A stretch of DNA of 64,000 nt from a virus (IMGVR_UViG_2939121850_000001); one strand, 5' to 3'. Positions 1 to 9,630 are shown, counted from the first letter of the stretch. The notes: generated by a model from the letters alone, not told the origin. Translations and numbers: made by a program.

Positions 1-861
1 ATGAATCAATCCTTTATCTCCGATATTCTTTACGCAGACATTGAAAGTAAGGCAAAAGAACTAACAGTTAATTCAAACAACACTGTGCAGCCTGTAGCGT
101 TGATGCGCTTGGGGGTATTCGTGCCGAAGCCATCAAAGAGCAAAGGAGAAAGTAAAGAGATTGATGCCACCAAAGCGTTTTCCCAGCTGGAGATAGCTAA
201 AGCCGAGGGTTACGATGATATTAAAATCACCGGTCCTCGACTCGATATGGATACTGATTTCAAAACGTGGATCGGTGTCATCTACGCGTTCAGCAAATAC
301 GGCTTGTCCTCAAACACCATCCAGTTATCGTTTCAGGAATTCGCTAAAGCCTGTGGTTTCCCCTCAAAACGTCTGGATGCGAAACTGCGTTTAACCATTC
401 ATGAATCACTTGGACGCTTGCGTAACAAGGGTATCGCTTTTAAGCGCGGAAAAGATGCTAAAGGCGGCTATCAGACTGGTCTGCTGAAGGTCGGGCGTTT
501 TGATGCTGACCTTGATCTGATAGAGCTGGAGGCTGATTCGAAGCTGTGGGAGCTGTTCCAGCTTGATTATCGCGTTCTGTTGCAACACCACGCCTTGCGT
601 GCCCTTCCGAAGAAAGAAGCTGCACAAGCCATTTACACTTTCATCGAAAGCCTTCCGCAGAACCCGTTGCCGCTATCGTTCGCGCGAATCCGTGAGCGCC
701 TGGCTTTGCAGTCAGCTGTTGGCGAGCAAAACCGTATCATTAAGAAAGCGATAGAACAGCTTAAAACAATCGGCTATCTCGACTGTTCAATTGAGAAGAA
801 AGGCCGGGAAAGTTTTGTAATCGTCCATTCTCGCAATCCAAAGCTGAAACTCCCCGAATAA
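1..861 (+). CDS. repA: Plasmid replication initiator RepA (P1 type)
   Basis: 286-aa ORF whose sequence I recognise as P1 RepA; immediately followed by the iteron array. Confidence 0.9.
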   Translation: MNQSFISDILYADIESKAKELTVNSNNTVQPVALMRLGVFVPKPSKSKGESKEIDATKAFSQLEIAKAEGYDDIKITGPRLDMDTDFKTWIGVIYAFSKYGLSSNTIQLSFQEFAKACGFPSKRLDAKLRLTIHESLGRLRNKGIAFKRGKDAKGGYQTGLLKVGRFDADLDLIELEADSKLWELFQLDYRVLLQHHALRALPKKEAAQAIYTFIESLPQNPLPLSFARIRERLALQSAVGEQNRIIKKAIEQLKTIGYLDCSIEKKGRESFVIVHSRNPKLKLPE

Positions 862-862
862 G

Positions 863-1146
863 TGTGTGCTGGAGGGCAGCTGCATTCAAAAAATGTGTGC
901 TGCCGGGAAGGCTTGTCCAATTTCCCGTTTTTGATGTGCGCTGGAGGGGGACGCCCCGCAGTTTGCTCAGACTTTCCCTCCAGCACACATCTGTCCATCC
1001 GTTTTTCCCTCCAGTGCACATGTAATTCTCTGTCTTTCCCTCCAGCACACATATTTGATACCAGCGATCCCTCCACAGCACATAATTCAATGCGACTTCC
1101 CTCTATCGCACATCTTAGACTTTTATTATCCCTCCAGCACACATCG
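863..1146. repeat. incA: incA copy-control iteron array, nine ~19-bp RepA-binding iterons (3 direct, 6 inverted)
   Basis: Repeats of GATGTGTGCTGGAGGG-like units read directly: TGTGTGCTGGAGGG, TGTGTGCTGCCGGG, GATGTGCGCTGGAGGGGG, then six CCCTCCAGCACACAT-like copies on the other strand. Confidence 0.8.
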
Positions 1147-1418
1147 AAGCTGCCGGGCAAGCCGTTCTCACCAGTTGATAGAGAGTGAAGCCTGGCTACC
1201 CGTTGAAGCAGGAAATCACCAAAATGATTCAGGCTACAGCCTGAACATAGAAGAAATCCGCGTCCTTTATGCGTGGAGGATGCCAAAGCATGTTGTGACA
1301 CACTTGGCAAAGGAGTAAACATGCAGAGAATGCTATGTACAAGCATCTACGCATACATTATTATTTTATGCAGCATTTTTAATTAAATTCAAAAATACAG
1401 CATAAAGGATGACTTTCG

Positions 1419-2615
1419 ATGAGTGATTCCAGCCAGCTTCACAAGGTTGCTCAAAGAGCAAACAGAATGCTCAATGTTCTGACTGAACAAGTACAGTTGC
1501 AAAAGGATGAGCTACACGCGAACGAGTTTTACCAGGTCTATGCGAAAGCGGCACTGGCAAAATTGCCTCTACTGACTCGAGCGAACGTTGACTATGCCGT
1601 AAGTGAAATGGAAGAAAAGGGTTATGTTTTCGATAAACGCCCTGCTGGCTCTTCAATGAAATATGCGATGTCAATTCAGAACATCATTGACATATATGAA
1701 CATCGCGGAGTGCCAAAATACCGGGATCGCTACAGCGAAGCGTATGTGATTTTCATCTCCAATCTTAAAGGCGGTGTGTCAAAAACTGTATCGACGGTTT
1801 CTCTGGCGCATGCAATGCGTGCTCACCCTCATCTTCTGATGGAAGATTTAAGGATTCTGGTTATTGACCTTGATCCGCAATCTTCAGCAACGATGTTTTT
1901 AAGCCATAAACACTCTATTGGTATCGTAAACGCAACATCTGCACAGGCTATGTTGCAGAATGTAAGCCGTGAAGAGCTGTTAGAGGAGTTTATTGTTCCT
2001 TCTGTTGTACCTGGGGTTGACGTTATGCCTGCGTCGATTGACGATGCCTTTATTGCATCCGATTGGAGAGAGCTGTGCAATGAGCATCTACCGGGTCAGA
2101 ACATCCATGCAGTCCTGAAAGAAAATGTGATTGATAAGCTGAAGAGCGATTATGACTTTATCCTCGTTGATAGTGGTCCTCACCTTGACGCCTTCCTGAA
2201 AAATGCTTTGGCCTCGGCCAATATACTGTTTACACCTCTGCCGCCTGCAACGGTTGATTTCCACTCATCGCTTAAATACGTTGCCCGCCTTCCTGAGTTG
2301 GTGAAACTCATTTCGGATGAAGGCTGCGAGTGCCAGCTTGCGACTAACATTGGTTTTATGTCCAAGTTGAGTAACAAGGCAGACCATAAGTATTGCCATA
2401 GCCTGGCTAAAGAAGTGTTCGGTGGGGATATGCTTGATGTCGTCCTCCCTCGCCTTGACGGTTTTGAACGCTGCGGCGAGTCTTTTGACACTGTTATTTC
2501 AGCTAACCCTGCAACGTATGTTGGTAGTGCTGATGCATTGAAGAACGCGCGAATTGCCGCGGAAGATTTTGCTAAAGCAGTTTTTGACCGTATTGAATTT
2601 ATCAGATCTAACTGA
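1419..2615 (+). CDS. parA: Partition ATPase ParA
   Basis: 398-aa ORF, deviant Walker A KGGVSKT; recognised as P1 ParA; upstream AT-rich imperfect palindrome consistent with parOP. Confidence 0.9.
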   Translation: MSDSSQLHKVAQRANRMLNVLTEQVQLQKDELHANEFYQVYAKAALAKLPLLTRANVDYAVSEMEEKGYVFDKRPAGSSMKYAMSIQNIIDIYEHRGVPKYRDRYSEAYVIFISNLKGGVSKTVSTVSLAHAMRAHPHLLMEDLRILVIDLDPQSSATMFLSHKHSIGIVNATSAQAMLQNVSREELLEEFIVPSVVPGVDVMPASIDDAFIASDWRELCNEHLPGQNIHAVLKENVIDKLKSDYDFILVDSGPHLDAFLKNALASANILFTPLPPATVDFHSSLKYVARLPELVKLISDEGCECQLATNIGFMSKLSNKADHKYCHSLAKEVFGGDMLDVVLPRLDGFERCGESFDTVISANPATYVGSADALKNARIAAEDFAKAVFDRIEFIRSN

Positions 2616-2631
2616 GGAGTAAGAAACCCCC

Positions 2632-3633
2632 ATGTCAAAGAAAAACAGACCAACAATTGGGCGAACCCTTAATCCTTCAATATTAAGCGGATTTGATAGT
2701 TCTTCAGCCTCTGGCGATCGAGTCGAGCAGGTATTCAAGTTATCAACTGGTCGCCAGGCCACATTTATTGAAGAGGTAATACCTCCGAACCAGGTAGAAA
2801 GCGATACCTTTGTTGATCAGCATAACAACGGGCGTGACCAGGCATCTCTTACGCCAAAATCATTAAAAAGTATCCGAAGCACTATTAAGCATCAGCAATT
2901 TTACCCTGCAATAGGTGTTAGACGGGCTACAGGGAAAATTGAAATTTTGGATGGTTCCCGGCGTCGAGCTTCTGCCATCTTAGAGAACGTAGGGTTGCGG
3001 GTTTTAGTCACGGACCAGGAGATCAGCGTTCAGGAAGCGCAAAATTTAGCGAAAGACGTTCAGACAGCATTGCAGCACAGCATTCGAGAAATAGGTCTGC
3101 GTTTGATGCGAATGAAAAATGATGGGATGAGTCAGAAGGATATTGCAGCCAAAGAAGGGCTGTCTCAGGCGAAGGTCACGCGTGCTCTCCAGGCAGCGAG
3201 TGCTCCGGAAGAATTAGTCGCCCTTTTCCCTGTGCAGTCGGAATTAACCTTTTCGGACTACAAAACGCTTTGTGCTGTTGGCGACGAAATGGGGAACAAG
3301 AATTTAGAGTTTGATCAGCTTATTCAAAACATATCCCCGGAAATAAACGACATCTTATCCATTGAAGAAATGGCCGAAGATGAAGTTAAAAATAAAATCC
3401 TGCGCTTGATAACAAAGGAAGCCTCACTACTCACGGATAAAGGTTCTAAAGATAAGTCCGTAGTTACTGAATTATGGAAATTTGAGGACAAGGATCGCTT
3501 TGCAAGGAAGCGCGTGAAAGGCCGTGCATTTTCTTATGAGTTTAATCGACTTTCAAAAGAGCTACAGGAAGAACTCGACAGGATGATTGGGCATATCCTT
3601 AGAAAGAGCCTCGATAAAAAGCCGAAGCCTTAA
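2632..3633 (+). CDS. parB: Partition protein ParB
   Basis: 333-aa ORF 16 bp after parA; recognised as P1 ParB. Confidence 0.9.
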   Translation: MSKKNRPTIGRTLNPSILSGFDSSSASGDRVEQVFKLSTGRQATFIEEVIPPNQVESDTFVDQHNNGRDQASLTPKSLKSIRSTIKHQQFYPAIGVRRATGKIEILDGSRRRASAILENVGLRVLVTDQEISVQEAQNLAKDVQTALQHSIREIGLRLMRMKNDGMSQKDIAAKEGLSQAKVTRALQAASAPEELVALFPVQSELTFSDYKTLCAVGDEMGNKNLEFDQLIQNISPEINDILSIEEMAEDEVKNKILRLITKEASLLTDKGSKDKSVVTELWKFEDKDRFARKRVKGRAFSYEFNRLSKELQEELDRMIGHILRKSLDKKPKP

Positions 3634-3637
3634 ACTT

Positions 3638-3720
3638 TCGCCATTCAAATTTCACTATTAACCTACTGTTTTTAAAGTAAATCCATCTAAAATTTCAAGG
3701 TGAAATCGCCACGATTTCAC
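3638..3720. other. parS: parS centromere: box B TCGCCA and box A ATTTCAC motifs flanking an AT-rich IHF-like core
   Basis: TCGCCA at 3638 and 3706; ATTTCAC at 3649 and 3714 with inverted GTGAAAT at 3700; directly downstream of parB. Confidence 0.75.
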
Positions 3721-3788
3721 CTTGGATTTTACCTTCCTCCCCTACTCCCGAAAAAAATAAAAAAATTGCTTGTCACGAGAAAGTCAAC

Positions 3789-3807
3789 AAGTGACTTTCA
3801 ATAAAAT
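3789..3807 (+). promoter_or_regulatory. Late (Lpa-type) promoter element: 9-bp palindrome AAGTGACTT, 4-bp spacer, -10 TAAAAT
   Basis: Same architecture recurs upstream of other late operons (14640, 23248, 28770, 37335, 41055 minus). Confidence 0.5.
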
Positions 3808-3837
3808 CTCTTCCGAAAAGGGATTCACACAAGTGCC

Positions 3838-5565
3838 TTGTGTTTAAGGAAGAGTAAATTGAGTAACTTACGCGAATACCAGAATCGTATTGCAGATATC
3901 GCAAAACGCTCTAAAGCTGTGCTTGGCTGGGCAAGCACTGCGCAGTTCGGTACTGATAACCAATTCATTAAAGATGATGCCGCGCGTGCCGCATCTATCC
4001 TTGAAGCTGCACGTAAAGACCCGGTTTTTGCGGGTATCTCTGATAATGCCACCGCTCAAATCGCTACAGCGTGGGCAAGTGCACTGGCTGACTACGCCGC
4101 AGCACATAAATCTATGCCGCGTCCGGAAATTCTGGCCTCCTGCCACCAGACGCTGGAAAACTGCCTGATTGAGTCCACCCGCAATAGCATGGATGCCACT
4201 AATAAAGCGATGCTGGAATCCGTCGCAGCAGAGATGATGAGCGTTTCTGACGGTGTTATGCGTCTGCCTTTATTCCTCGCGATGATCCTGCCTGTTCAGT
4301 TGGGGGCAGCTACCGCTGATGCGTGTACCTTCATTCCGGTTACGCGTGACCAGTCCGACATCTATGAAGTCTTTAACGTGGCAGGTTCCTCTTTTGGTTC
4401 TTATGCTGCTGGTGATGTTCTGGACATGCAATCCGTCGGTGTGTACAGCCAGTTACGTCGCCGCTATGTGCTGGTGGCAAGCTCCGATGGCACTAGCAAA
4501 ACCGCAACCTTCAAGATGGAAGCCTTCGAAGGCCAGAATGTACCAATCCGAAAAGGTCGCACTAACATCTACGTTAACCGTATTAAGTCTGTTGTTGATA
4601 ACGGTTCCGGCAGCCTACTTCACTCGTTTACTAATGCTGCTGGTGAGCAAATCACTGTTACCTGCTCTCTGAACTACAACATTGGTCAGATTGCCCTGTC
4701 GTTCTCCAAAGCGCCGGATAAAGGCACTGAGATCGCAATTGAGACGGAAATCAATATTGAAGCCGCTCCTGAGCTGATCCCGCTGATCAACCACGAAATG
4801 AAGAAATACACCCTGTTCCCAAGTCAGTTCGTTATCGCGGCTGAGCACACGGTACAGGCGGCGTATGAAGCACAGCGTGAATTTGGTCTGGACCTGGGTT
4901 CCCTACAGTTCCGCACCCTGAAGGAATACCTGTCTCATGAACAGGATATGCTGCGTCTTCGCATCATGATCTGGCGCACTCTTGCGACCGACACCTTTGA
5001 CATCGCTCTGCCGGTTAACCAGTCCTTTGATGTATGGGCAACCATCATTCGTGGCAAATTCCAGACTGTATATCGCGACATTATTGAGCGCGTTAAATCT
5101 TCTGGTGCGATGGGGATGTTTGCTGGTGCTGATGCAGCATCTTTCTTCAAACAGTTGCCGAAGGATTTCTTCCAGCCAGCCGAAGACTATATCCAGACTC
5201 CGTATGTTCACTACATCGGTACCCTGTTCGGTAACGTGAAAGTGTACGAAGTACCTGCTGGTATTTGTAAGAACTTAACGACAGAGAACATTCAGTTCAG
5301 CTCGATGGATGTGCTGTGCTACGTCCGTGATGAAAATCCGGGTAAAGCAGGCTTCGTGACTGGTGATGCTGTCCCGGCTATCCCGTTCCAGCATCCGACC
5401 ACTCCGGCGCTGGTCAACCGTACCACACTGTGGGGTTCGGCTATCAACGATATGCACCCACGCAACGGCGCTGATTACTTCACTCGTGTAACGCTGACAA
5501 TGGCCAAAAAAGGCGGGCTTAACTTTATAAGCGGCGACACGATTGATGCCGGTGACTCTGAGTAA
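3838..5565 (+). CDS. Putative major head protein precursor (P1 gene 23 position); start uncertain (track start is TTG)
   Basis: 575-aa ORF next to parS behind a late promoter; Ala-rich helical N-terminal ~170 aa resembles a scaffold/delta domain; synteny only. Confidence 0.5.
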   Translation: MCLRKSKLSNLREYQNRIADIAKRSKAVLGWASTAQFGTDNQFIKDDAARAASILEAARKDPVFAGISDNATAQIATAWASALADYAAAHKSMPRPEILASCHQTLENCLIESTRNSMDATNKAMLESVAAEMMSVSDGVMRLPLFLAMILPVQLGAATADACTFIPVTRDQSDIYEVFNVAGSSFGSYAAGDVLDMQSVGVYSQLRRRYVLVASSDGTSKTATFKMEAFEGQNVPIRKGRTNIYVNRIKSVVDNGSGSLLHSFTNAAGEQITVTCSLNYNIGQIALSFSKAPDKGTEIAIETEINIEAAPELIPLINHEMKKYTLFPSQFVIAAEHTVQAAYEAQREFGLDLGSLQFRTLKEYLSHEQDMLRLRIMIWRTLATDTFDIALPVNQSFDVWATIIRGKFQTVYRDIIERVKSSGAMGMFAGADAASFFKQLPKDFFQPAEDYIQTPYVHYIGTLFGNVKVYEVPAGICKNLTTENIQFSSMDVLCYVRDENPGKAGFVTGDAVPAIPFQHPTTPALVNRTTLWGSAINDMHPRNGADYFTRVTLTMAKKGGLNFISGDTIDAGDSE

Positions 5566-5592
5566 TCACGGGAAGTTATCCGTTTAACATAG

Positions 5593-5610
5593 CGCCCCCG
5601 TGCGGGGCGC
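5593..5610 (+). other. GC-rich intercistronic hairpin GCGCCCC-cgtg-GGGGCGC
   Basis: Perfect 7-bp stem between the 575-aa and 529-aa genes, 16 nt before the next start. Confidence 0.5.
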
Positions 5611-5625
5611 ATAACAGGGAAAGTT

Positions 5626-7215
5626 ATGTCTCAATATTCAATTCAACAGTCATTAGGTAATGCATCCGGCGTCGCGGTTAGCCCGATCAATGCCGATGCG
5701 ACGTTATCTACCGGTGTTGCATTAAATAGCAGCTTATGGGCTGGTATTGGCGTATTTGCGCGTGGCAAGCCGTTTACTGTTCTTGCGGTTACTGAGTCCA
5801 ATTACGAAGATGTTCTCGGCGAACCGCTGAAGCCGTCTTCCGGCTCACAGTTTGAACCAATTCGCCATGTGTACGAAGCTATTCAGCAAACGTCTGGTTA
5901 TGTTGTCCGTGCTGTTCCGGATGATGCGAAGTTCCCGATTATTATGTTCGATGAATCAGGCGAACCGGCTAACAGTGCGTTGCCATACGGTTCTGAAATT
6001 GAACTTGATAGCGGCGAAGCCTTTGCTATCTACGTTGATGATGGTGATCCGTGTATTTCACCTACCCGTGAGTTAACCATCGAAACGGCAACAGCGGACA
6101 GCGCGGGTAATGAACGCTTCCTCTTAAAACTGACCCAGACGACTTCGCTCGGTGTGGTAACGACCCTGGAGACACACACTGTGTCTTTGGCGGAAGAAGC
6201 GAAAGATGACATGGGCCGCTTGTGTTATCTGCCTACGGCTCTGGAAGCCCGTTCTAAATATCTGCGTGCGGTTGTTAATGAAGAGCTGATTTCTACAGCG
6301 AAAGTAACAAATAAAAAATCGGTGGCATTCACTGGCGGTACCAATGGCGATCAGTCGAAAATCTCAACCGCTGCTTACCTGCGTGCGGTTAAAGTGCTGA
6401 ATAATGCGCCGTACATGTACACCGCTGTTCTTGGCCTGGGCTGCTATGACAATGCGGCTATCACCGCATTAGGTAAAATCTGTGCAGATCGCCTGATTGA
6501 TGGCTTCTTTGATGTCAAACCGACATTAAGGTACGCAGAAGCACTAACAGCTGTTGAGGGTACCGGTTTACTTGGTACCGATTATGTAAGCTGTTCTGTC
6601 TATCACTACCCGTTCTCCTGCAAAGACAAATGGACCCAATCCCGTGTGGTCTTCGGTCTGTCTGGCGCGGCGTATGCGGCGAAAGCTCGTGGCGTCAAGA
6701 AAAACTCTGATGTCGGCGGTTGGCATTACTCACCGGCTGGTGAAGAACGTGCCGTCATTGCTCGTGCGTCAATTCAACCGCTGTATCCGGAAGATACCCC
6801 GGACGAAGAAGCAATGGTCAAGGGCCGTCTCAATAAAGTATCTGTTGGCACCTCTGGCCAGATGATCATCGACGATGCTTTAACTTGCTGCACGCAGGAT
6901 AACTATCTGCACTTCCAGCACGTCCCATCCCTGATGAATGCAATCAGTCGTTTCTTTGTCCAGTTAGCCCGACAGATGAAGCATAGCCCGGACGGTATTA
7001 CTGCGGCTGGCCTGACTAAAGGGATGACCAAACTTTTAGATCGCTTTGTCGCCTCCGGCGCTCTGGTGGCTCCTCGTGATCCCGATGCTGACGGTACAGA
7101 ACCGTATGTGCTGAAAGTTACGCAGGCGGAATTCGATAAATGGGAAGTAGTCTGGGCCTGCTGCCCGACTGGCGTAGCCCGTCGTATCCAGGGCGTACCG
7201 CTGCTTATTAAGTAA
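5626..7215 (+). CDS. Putative contractile tail sheath protein (P1 gene 22 position)
   Basis: 529-aa ORF with SD AGGGA; position between head gene and tube-like genes. Confidence 0.45.
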   Translation: MSQYSIQQSLGNASGVAVSPINADATLSTGVALNSSLWAGIGVFARGKPFTVLAVTESNYEDVLGEPLKPSSGSQFEPIRHVYEAIQQTSGYVVRAVPDDAKFPIIMFDESGEPANSALPYGSEIELDSGEAFAIYVDDGDPCISPTRELTIETATADSAGNERFLLKLTQTTSLGVVTTLETHTVSLAEEAKDDMGRLCYLPTALEARSKYLRAVVNEELISTAKVTNKKSVAFTGGTNGDQSKISTAAYLRAVKVLNNAPYMYTAVLGLGCYDNAAITALGKICADRLIDGFFDVKPTLRYAEALTAVEGTGLLGTDYVSCSVYHYPFSCKDKWTQSRVVFGLSGAAYAAKARGVKKNSDVGGWHYSPAGEERAVIARASIQPLYPEDTPDEEAMVKGRLNKVSVGTSGQMIIDDALTCCTQDNYLHFQHVPSLMNAISRFFVQLARQMKHSPDGITAAGLTKGMTKLLDRFVASGALVAPRDPDADGTEPYVLKVTQAEFDKWEVVWACCPTGVARRIQGVPLLIK

Positions 7216-7224
7216 GGGAATACA

Positions 7225-8040
7225 ATGAGCAAAAACTTTTTTCAATCCGGGGCATTTTTGGGGAATGGACTGTCCCGTTTCGCTTTGAACTCTGATCCTG
7301 TGCAGCTGATGGAGTCTGCCCGAGCAAGCGCCGAACCGCCAACAGATCCGGTTATTAATAATAATCCGGAACCGGCGGCACAGACTAACGATAACGTTCC
7401 ATCTGCCCCGGCTCCAGAGCAAATCCTGGAAGGGAAAGACGGTAAAGAATGGACCGTCGAACAGGCGCACCAGATGATTCTGGAAGCTGCAAATCGAAGT
7501 GCTATGCAGAATGCGTTGAGTGATGCGGCCGACGCCGTTTTCTCCTGGGCTGATAGCGGTGATCTGACTTTCGACTCCCTTGATGGTTTCGTTCAGGCTA
7601 TCGCTGGTATCTCTGATGACGACGACTCCGAAGTTACAGAAGAACAGGACGATGCCTATAACGAAGCATGGGCAAATGTTGCTGACTTCCTCGCAGCATG
7701 CGGTGTAGATGATGACCTGATCGAAGCACTGGCTGACGATGAAGACGACGACGCAGCTGCTGATGTTGGTGCCTCTATCGCTGGTTTAGATAGCGACGAC
7801 CGCGACGAACTGGAAGCGGCGTTTGTTGTTGCTGGCACTTCTGATGAAATGCTGATTGAAGCATTTAAGAAGGTTGTTCGTAACGGTGAGATCAAACTCA
7901 TCCGTAAACGCCTGCGTAAAAAACGTCTGACTGCGGCTCAAAAATCGGCGCTGAAAAAAGCGCGTCGAAAAGCCCAGACCGGCGCGGCAAAACTTGCCCG
8001 CAAAAAGTCAATGAAACTGCGCCGTAAGCGCCTTGGCTAA
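7225..8040 (+). CDS. Highly acidic protein with strongly basic C-terminal tail, function unknown
   Basis: 271-aa ORF; long D/E runs then KLIRKRLRKKRL...KLRRKRLG. Confidence 0.5.
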   Translation: MSKNFFQSGAFLGNGLSRFALNSDPVQLMESARASAEPPTDPVINNNPEPAAQTNDNVPSAPAPEQILEGKDGKEWTVEQAHQMILEAANRSAMQNALSDAADAVFSWADSGDLTFDSLDGFVQAIAGISDDDDSEVTEEQDDAYNEAWANVADFLAACGVDDDLIEALADDEDDDAAADVGASIAGLDSDDRDELEAAFVVAGTSDEMLIEAFKKVVRNGEIKLIRKRLRKKRLTAAQKSALKKARRKAQTGAAKLARKKSMKLRRKRLG

Positions 8041-8075
8041 AGGAGGAGGCCGGAGAACTCCGGCCTTTAACTTGA

Positions 8076-8657
8076 ATGGCACCTATACCTTATGGGGTTT
8101 ACAGCCAGGCTGACGGTGTATCGCCATTTCTGAAAGTTACTTTAACGAACTCTCAGTACCAGGTTACCGGATATATCAGCCAGGGGGCAGCAATGAACAT
8201 GGCCCAGAATTGGGAAGCGCCGTTTACCGGTATGTCCATGGGGTCTGTTGCTGGTGCTTTCAGTGGTTTTGCGCAGGTTGGTACTGAAACAACGTCGGTG
8301 GCCCGTTGGAACAGCTTAATGGTTTGGGAGGGGGGAACACCGCCGACTTTCACGCTGCCAGTAACTTTCATCGCTTTGTTTGACCCATTCACTGAGGTTT
8401 CAGGAGCTATCGCCGCATTGTCAGCGATGATTAGCCCGGAACTTAAAGATGCCAGCATTGGTGGTCGAATCCCGGAGCGTGTGACGCTAAACATTGGTCG
8501 CCGGATCAACATCATTGATGTCGCTATCCAGGACATAAGTTTCGATCTCGATGCGCCCAGGGACAGCAATGGGCATTTCCTGAAAAACACCGTCAACCTC
8601 CAGTTGACCGGTTCTTCGATATATAACAGCTCCGATATTGTTCGGGCGTTCCAGTAA
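8076..8657 (+). CDS. Putative tail tube protein
   Basis: 193-aa (~21 kDa) ORF after sheath-like gene; assignment by synteny and size. Confidence 0.45.
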   Translation: MAPIPYGVYSQADGVSPFLKVTLTNSQYQVTGYISQGAAMNMAQNWEAPFTGMSMGSVAGAFSGFAQVGTETTSVARWNSLMVWEGGTPPTFTLPVTFIALFDPFTEVSGAIAALSAMISPELKDASIGGRIPERVTLNIGRRINIIDVAIQDISFDLDAPRDSNGHFLKNTVNLQLTGSSIYNSSDIVRAFQ

Positions 8658-8668
8658 AAGGATTTTAT

Positions 8669-9178
8669 ATGGGGCACAATAACACTAAGGGAAACCGTAA
8701 ATTTATTAAGGGCCGCTATACTGCCAACGCGGCCAAAGGCGAACGACTGGTATCTTCTGAATTCCAGCTCACTTTTGCAGGCCATGAAGATATCAGCGTA
8801 CTGGTTCGCACGTCGCAAATTCCTGAAATGACCCGCGAGGATGTGGAGGACTATGGTCCGAATGGTGTGAAGTTCAACCAGCACGGTCCAATTCGAAACT
8901 CTGGGGAAATCCAGGTCCAGTGCGTGGAGACTATCGAAGGCGATATTCTTCAGTTCATTAAAGATCGCATTGCGGCGAAGGACTATGTTGATATCACGAT
9001 GGCTGCGACCCCTGAATCCAAATCTTCCGGGGTTAACGCTGTGACAAAAGCTGCTACAACAATTGAAATGTTGGACTGCAAAATCTACAGTGATGCAATC
9101 GACTTTAGTACCGAAGATGTGACTGCCGCTGTGCGCCCGTCACTTCGTATCGTCTACAACTGGATTGAGTGGGATTAA
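8669..9178 (+). CDS. Putative tail tube or tail structural protein
   Basis: 169-aa ORF, last gene of operon before a strong terminator. Confidence 0.45.
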   Translation: MGHNNTKGNRKFIKGRYTANAAKGERLVSSEFQLTFAGHEDISVLVRTSQIPEMTREDVEDYGPNGVKFNQHGPIRNSGEIQVQCVETIEGDILQFIKDRIAAKDYVDITMAATPESKSSGVNAVTKAATTIEMLDCKIYSDAIDFSTEDVTAAVRPSLRIVYNWIEWD

Positions 9179-9197
9179 GAGTCATCCCTTGTATTTT

Positions 9198-9223
9198 AAA
9201 GCTCCTTCGGGAGCTTTTTTATT
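9198..9223 (+). terminator. Rho-independent terminator of the tail tube operon
   Basis: AAAGCTCC-ttcg-GGAGCTTT stem followed by TTTTTATTT. Confidence 0.7.
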
Positions 9224-9293
9224 TGGAGAGGAAAGGGTGCATTGAGGATACCTGACACACGAAGAGTGGCGGGATCTCTCCCCGCCAGGTCTC

Positions 9294-9449
9294 TTACCTT
9301 TCAGATTCGTAGGCTGTGAAGACAGTGACCTCCGTCTGGCCGGTTCGGATTCGTACCTCGCAGAGGTCTTTCCTCGTTACCAGTGCCGTCACAATGACGG
9401 TTAAACAGATGACGATCAGAGCGATTAATATCGCTTTTTGCTGCTTCAT
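9294..9449 (-). CDS. hok: Hok/Gef-family type I toxin (51 aa)
   Basis: Hand translation of minus strand: MKQQKAILIALIVICLTVIVTALVTRKDLCEVRIRTGQTEVTVFTAYESER, near-identical in pattern to E. coli Gef/HokC; SD AAGGAG upstream. Below ORF-track size cutoff. Confidence 0.8.
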   Translation of the reverse strand: MKQQKAILIALIVICLTVIVTALVTRKDLCEVRIRTGQTEVTVFTAYESER

Positions 9450-9507
9450 AGCCTGCTTCTCCTTGACCTTTTGGTCGGTAAGAGGCTAATCTACGTATGC
9501 TAAGCAT
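9301..9507 (-). CDS. mok-like overlapping reading frame
   Basis: 68-aa ORF in another frame starting 58 nt upstream of hok and overlapping it, as in hok/mok/sok loci. Confidence 0.45.
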   Translation of the reverse strand: MLSIRRLASYRPKGQGEAGYEAAKSDINRSDRHLFNRHCDGTGNEERPLRGTNPNRPDGGHCLHSLRI

Positions 9508-9560
9508 AGATATTGCCTCAGATTAATGTTAAGCGTCTTGCAGGACGCGTAATGTTATCT
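9470..9560 (+). ncRNA. Inferred Sok-like antisense RNA region (boundaries not determined)
   Basis: Expected opposite the mok start/hok leader; TTGACC -35-like at 9463. Inference only. Confidence 0.25.
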
Positions 9561-9630
9561 GGGGCTTTCTTCTATCTGCTTTTCGGGTAATGCCTGAAGC
9601 AGATAGCCTCAAGCACCCGCAGCGATTGTA

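Noticed and set aside
863-1146. Short repeat array that could be mistaken for a CRISPR array
   Set aside because: Repeats are ~19-bp RepA iterons in mixed orientation, directly downstream of repA; no cas genes.
1055-1318. 87-aa ORF between incA and parA
   Set aside because: Overlaps the iterons and parA promoter region; no SD.
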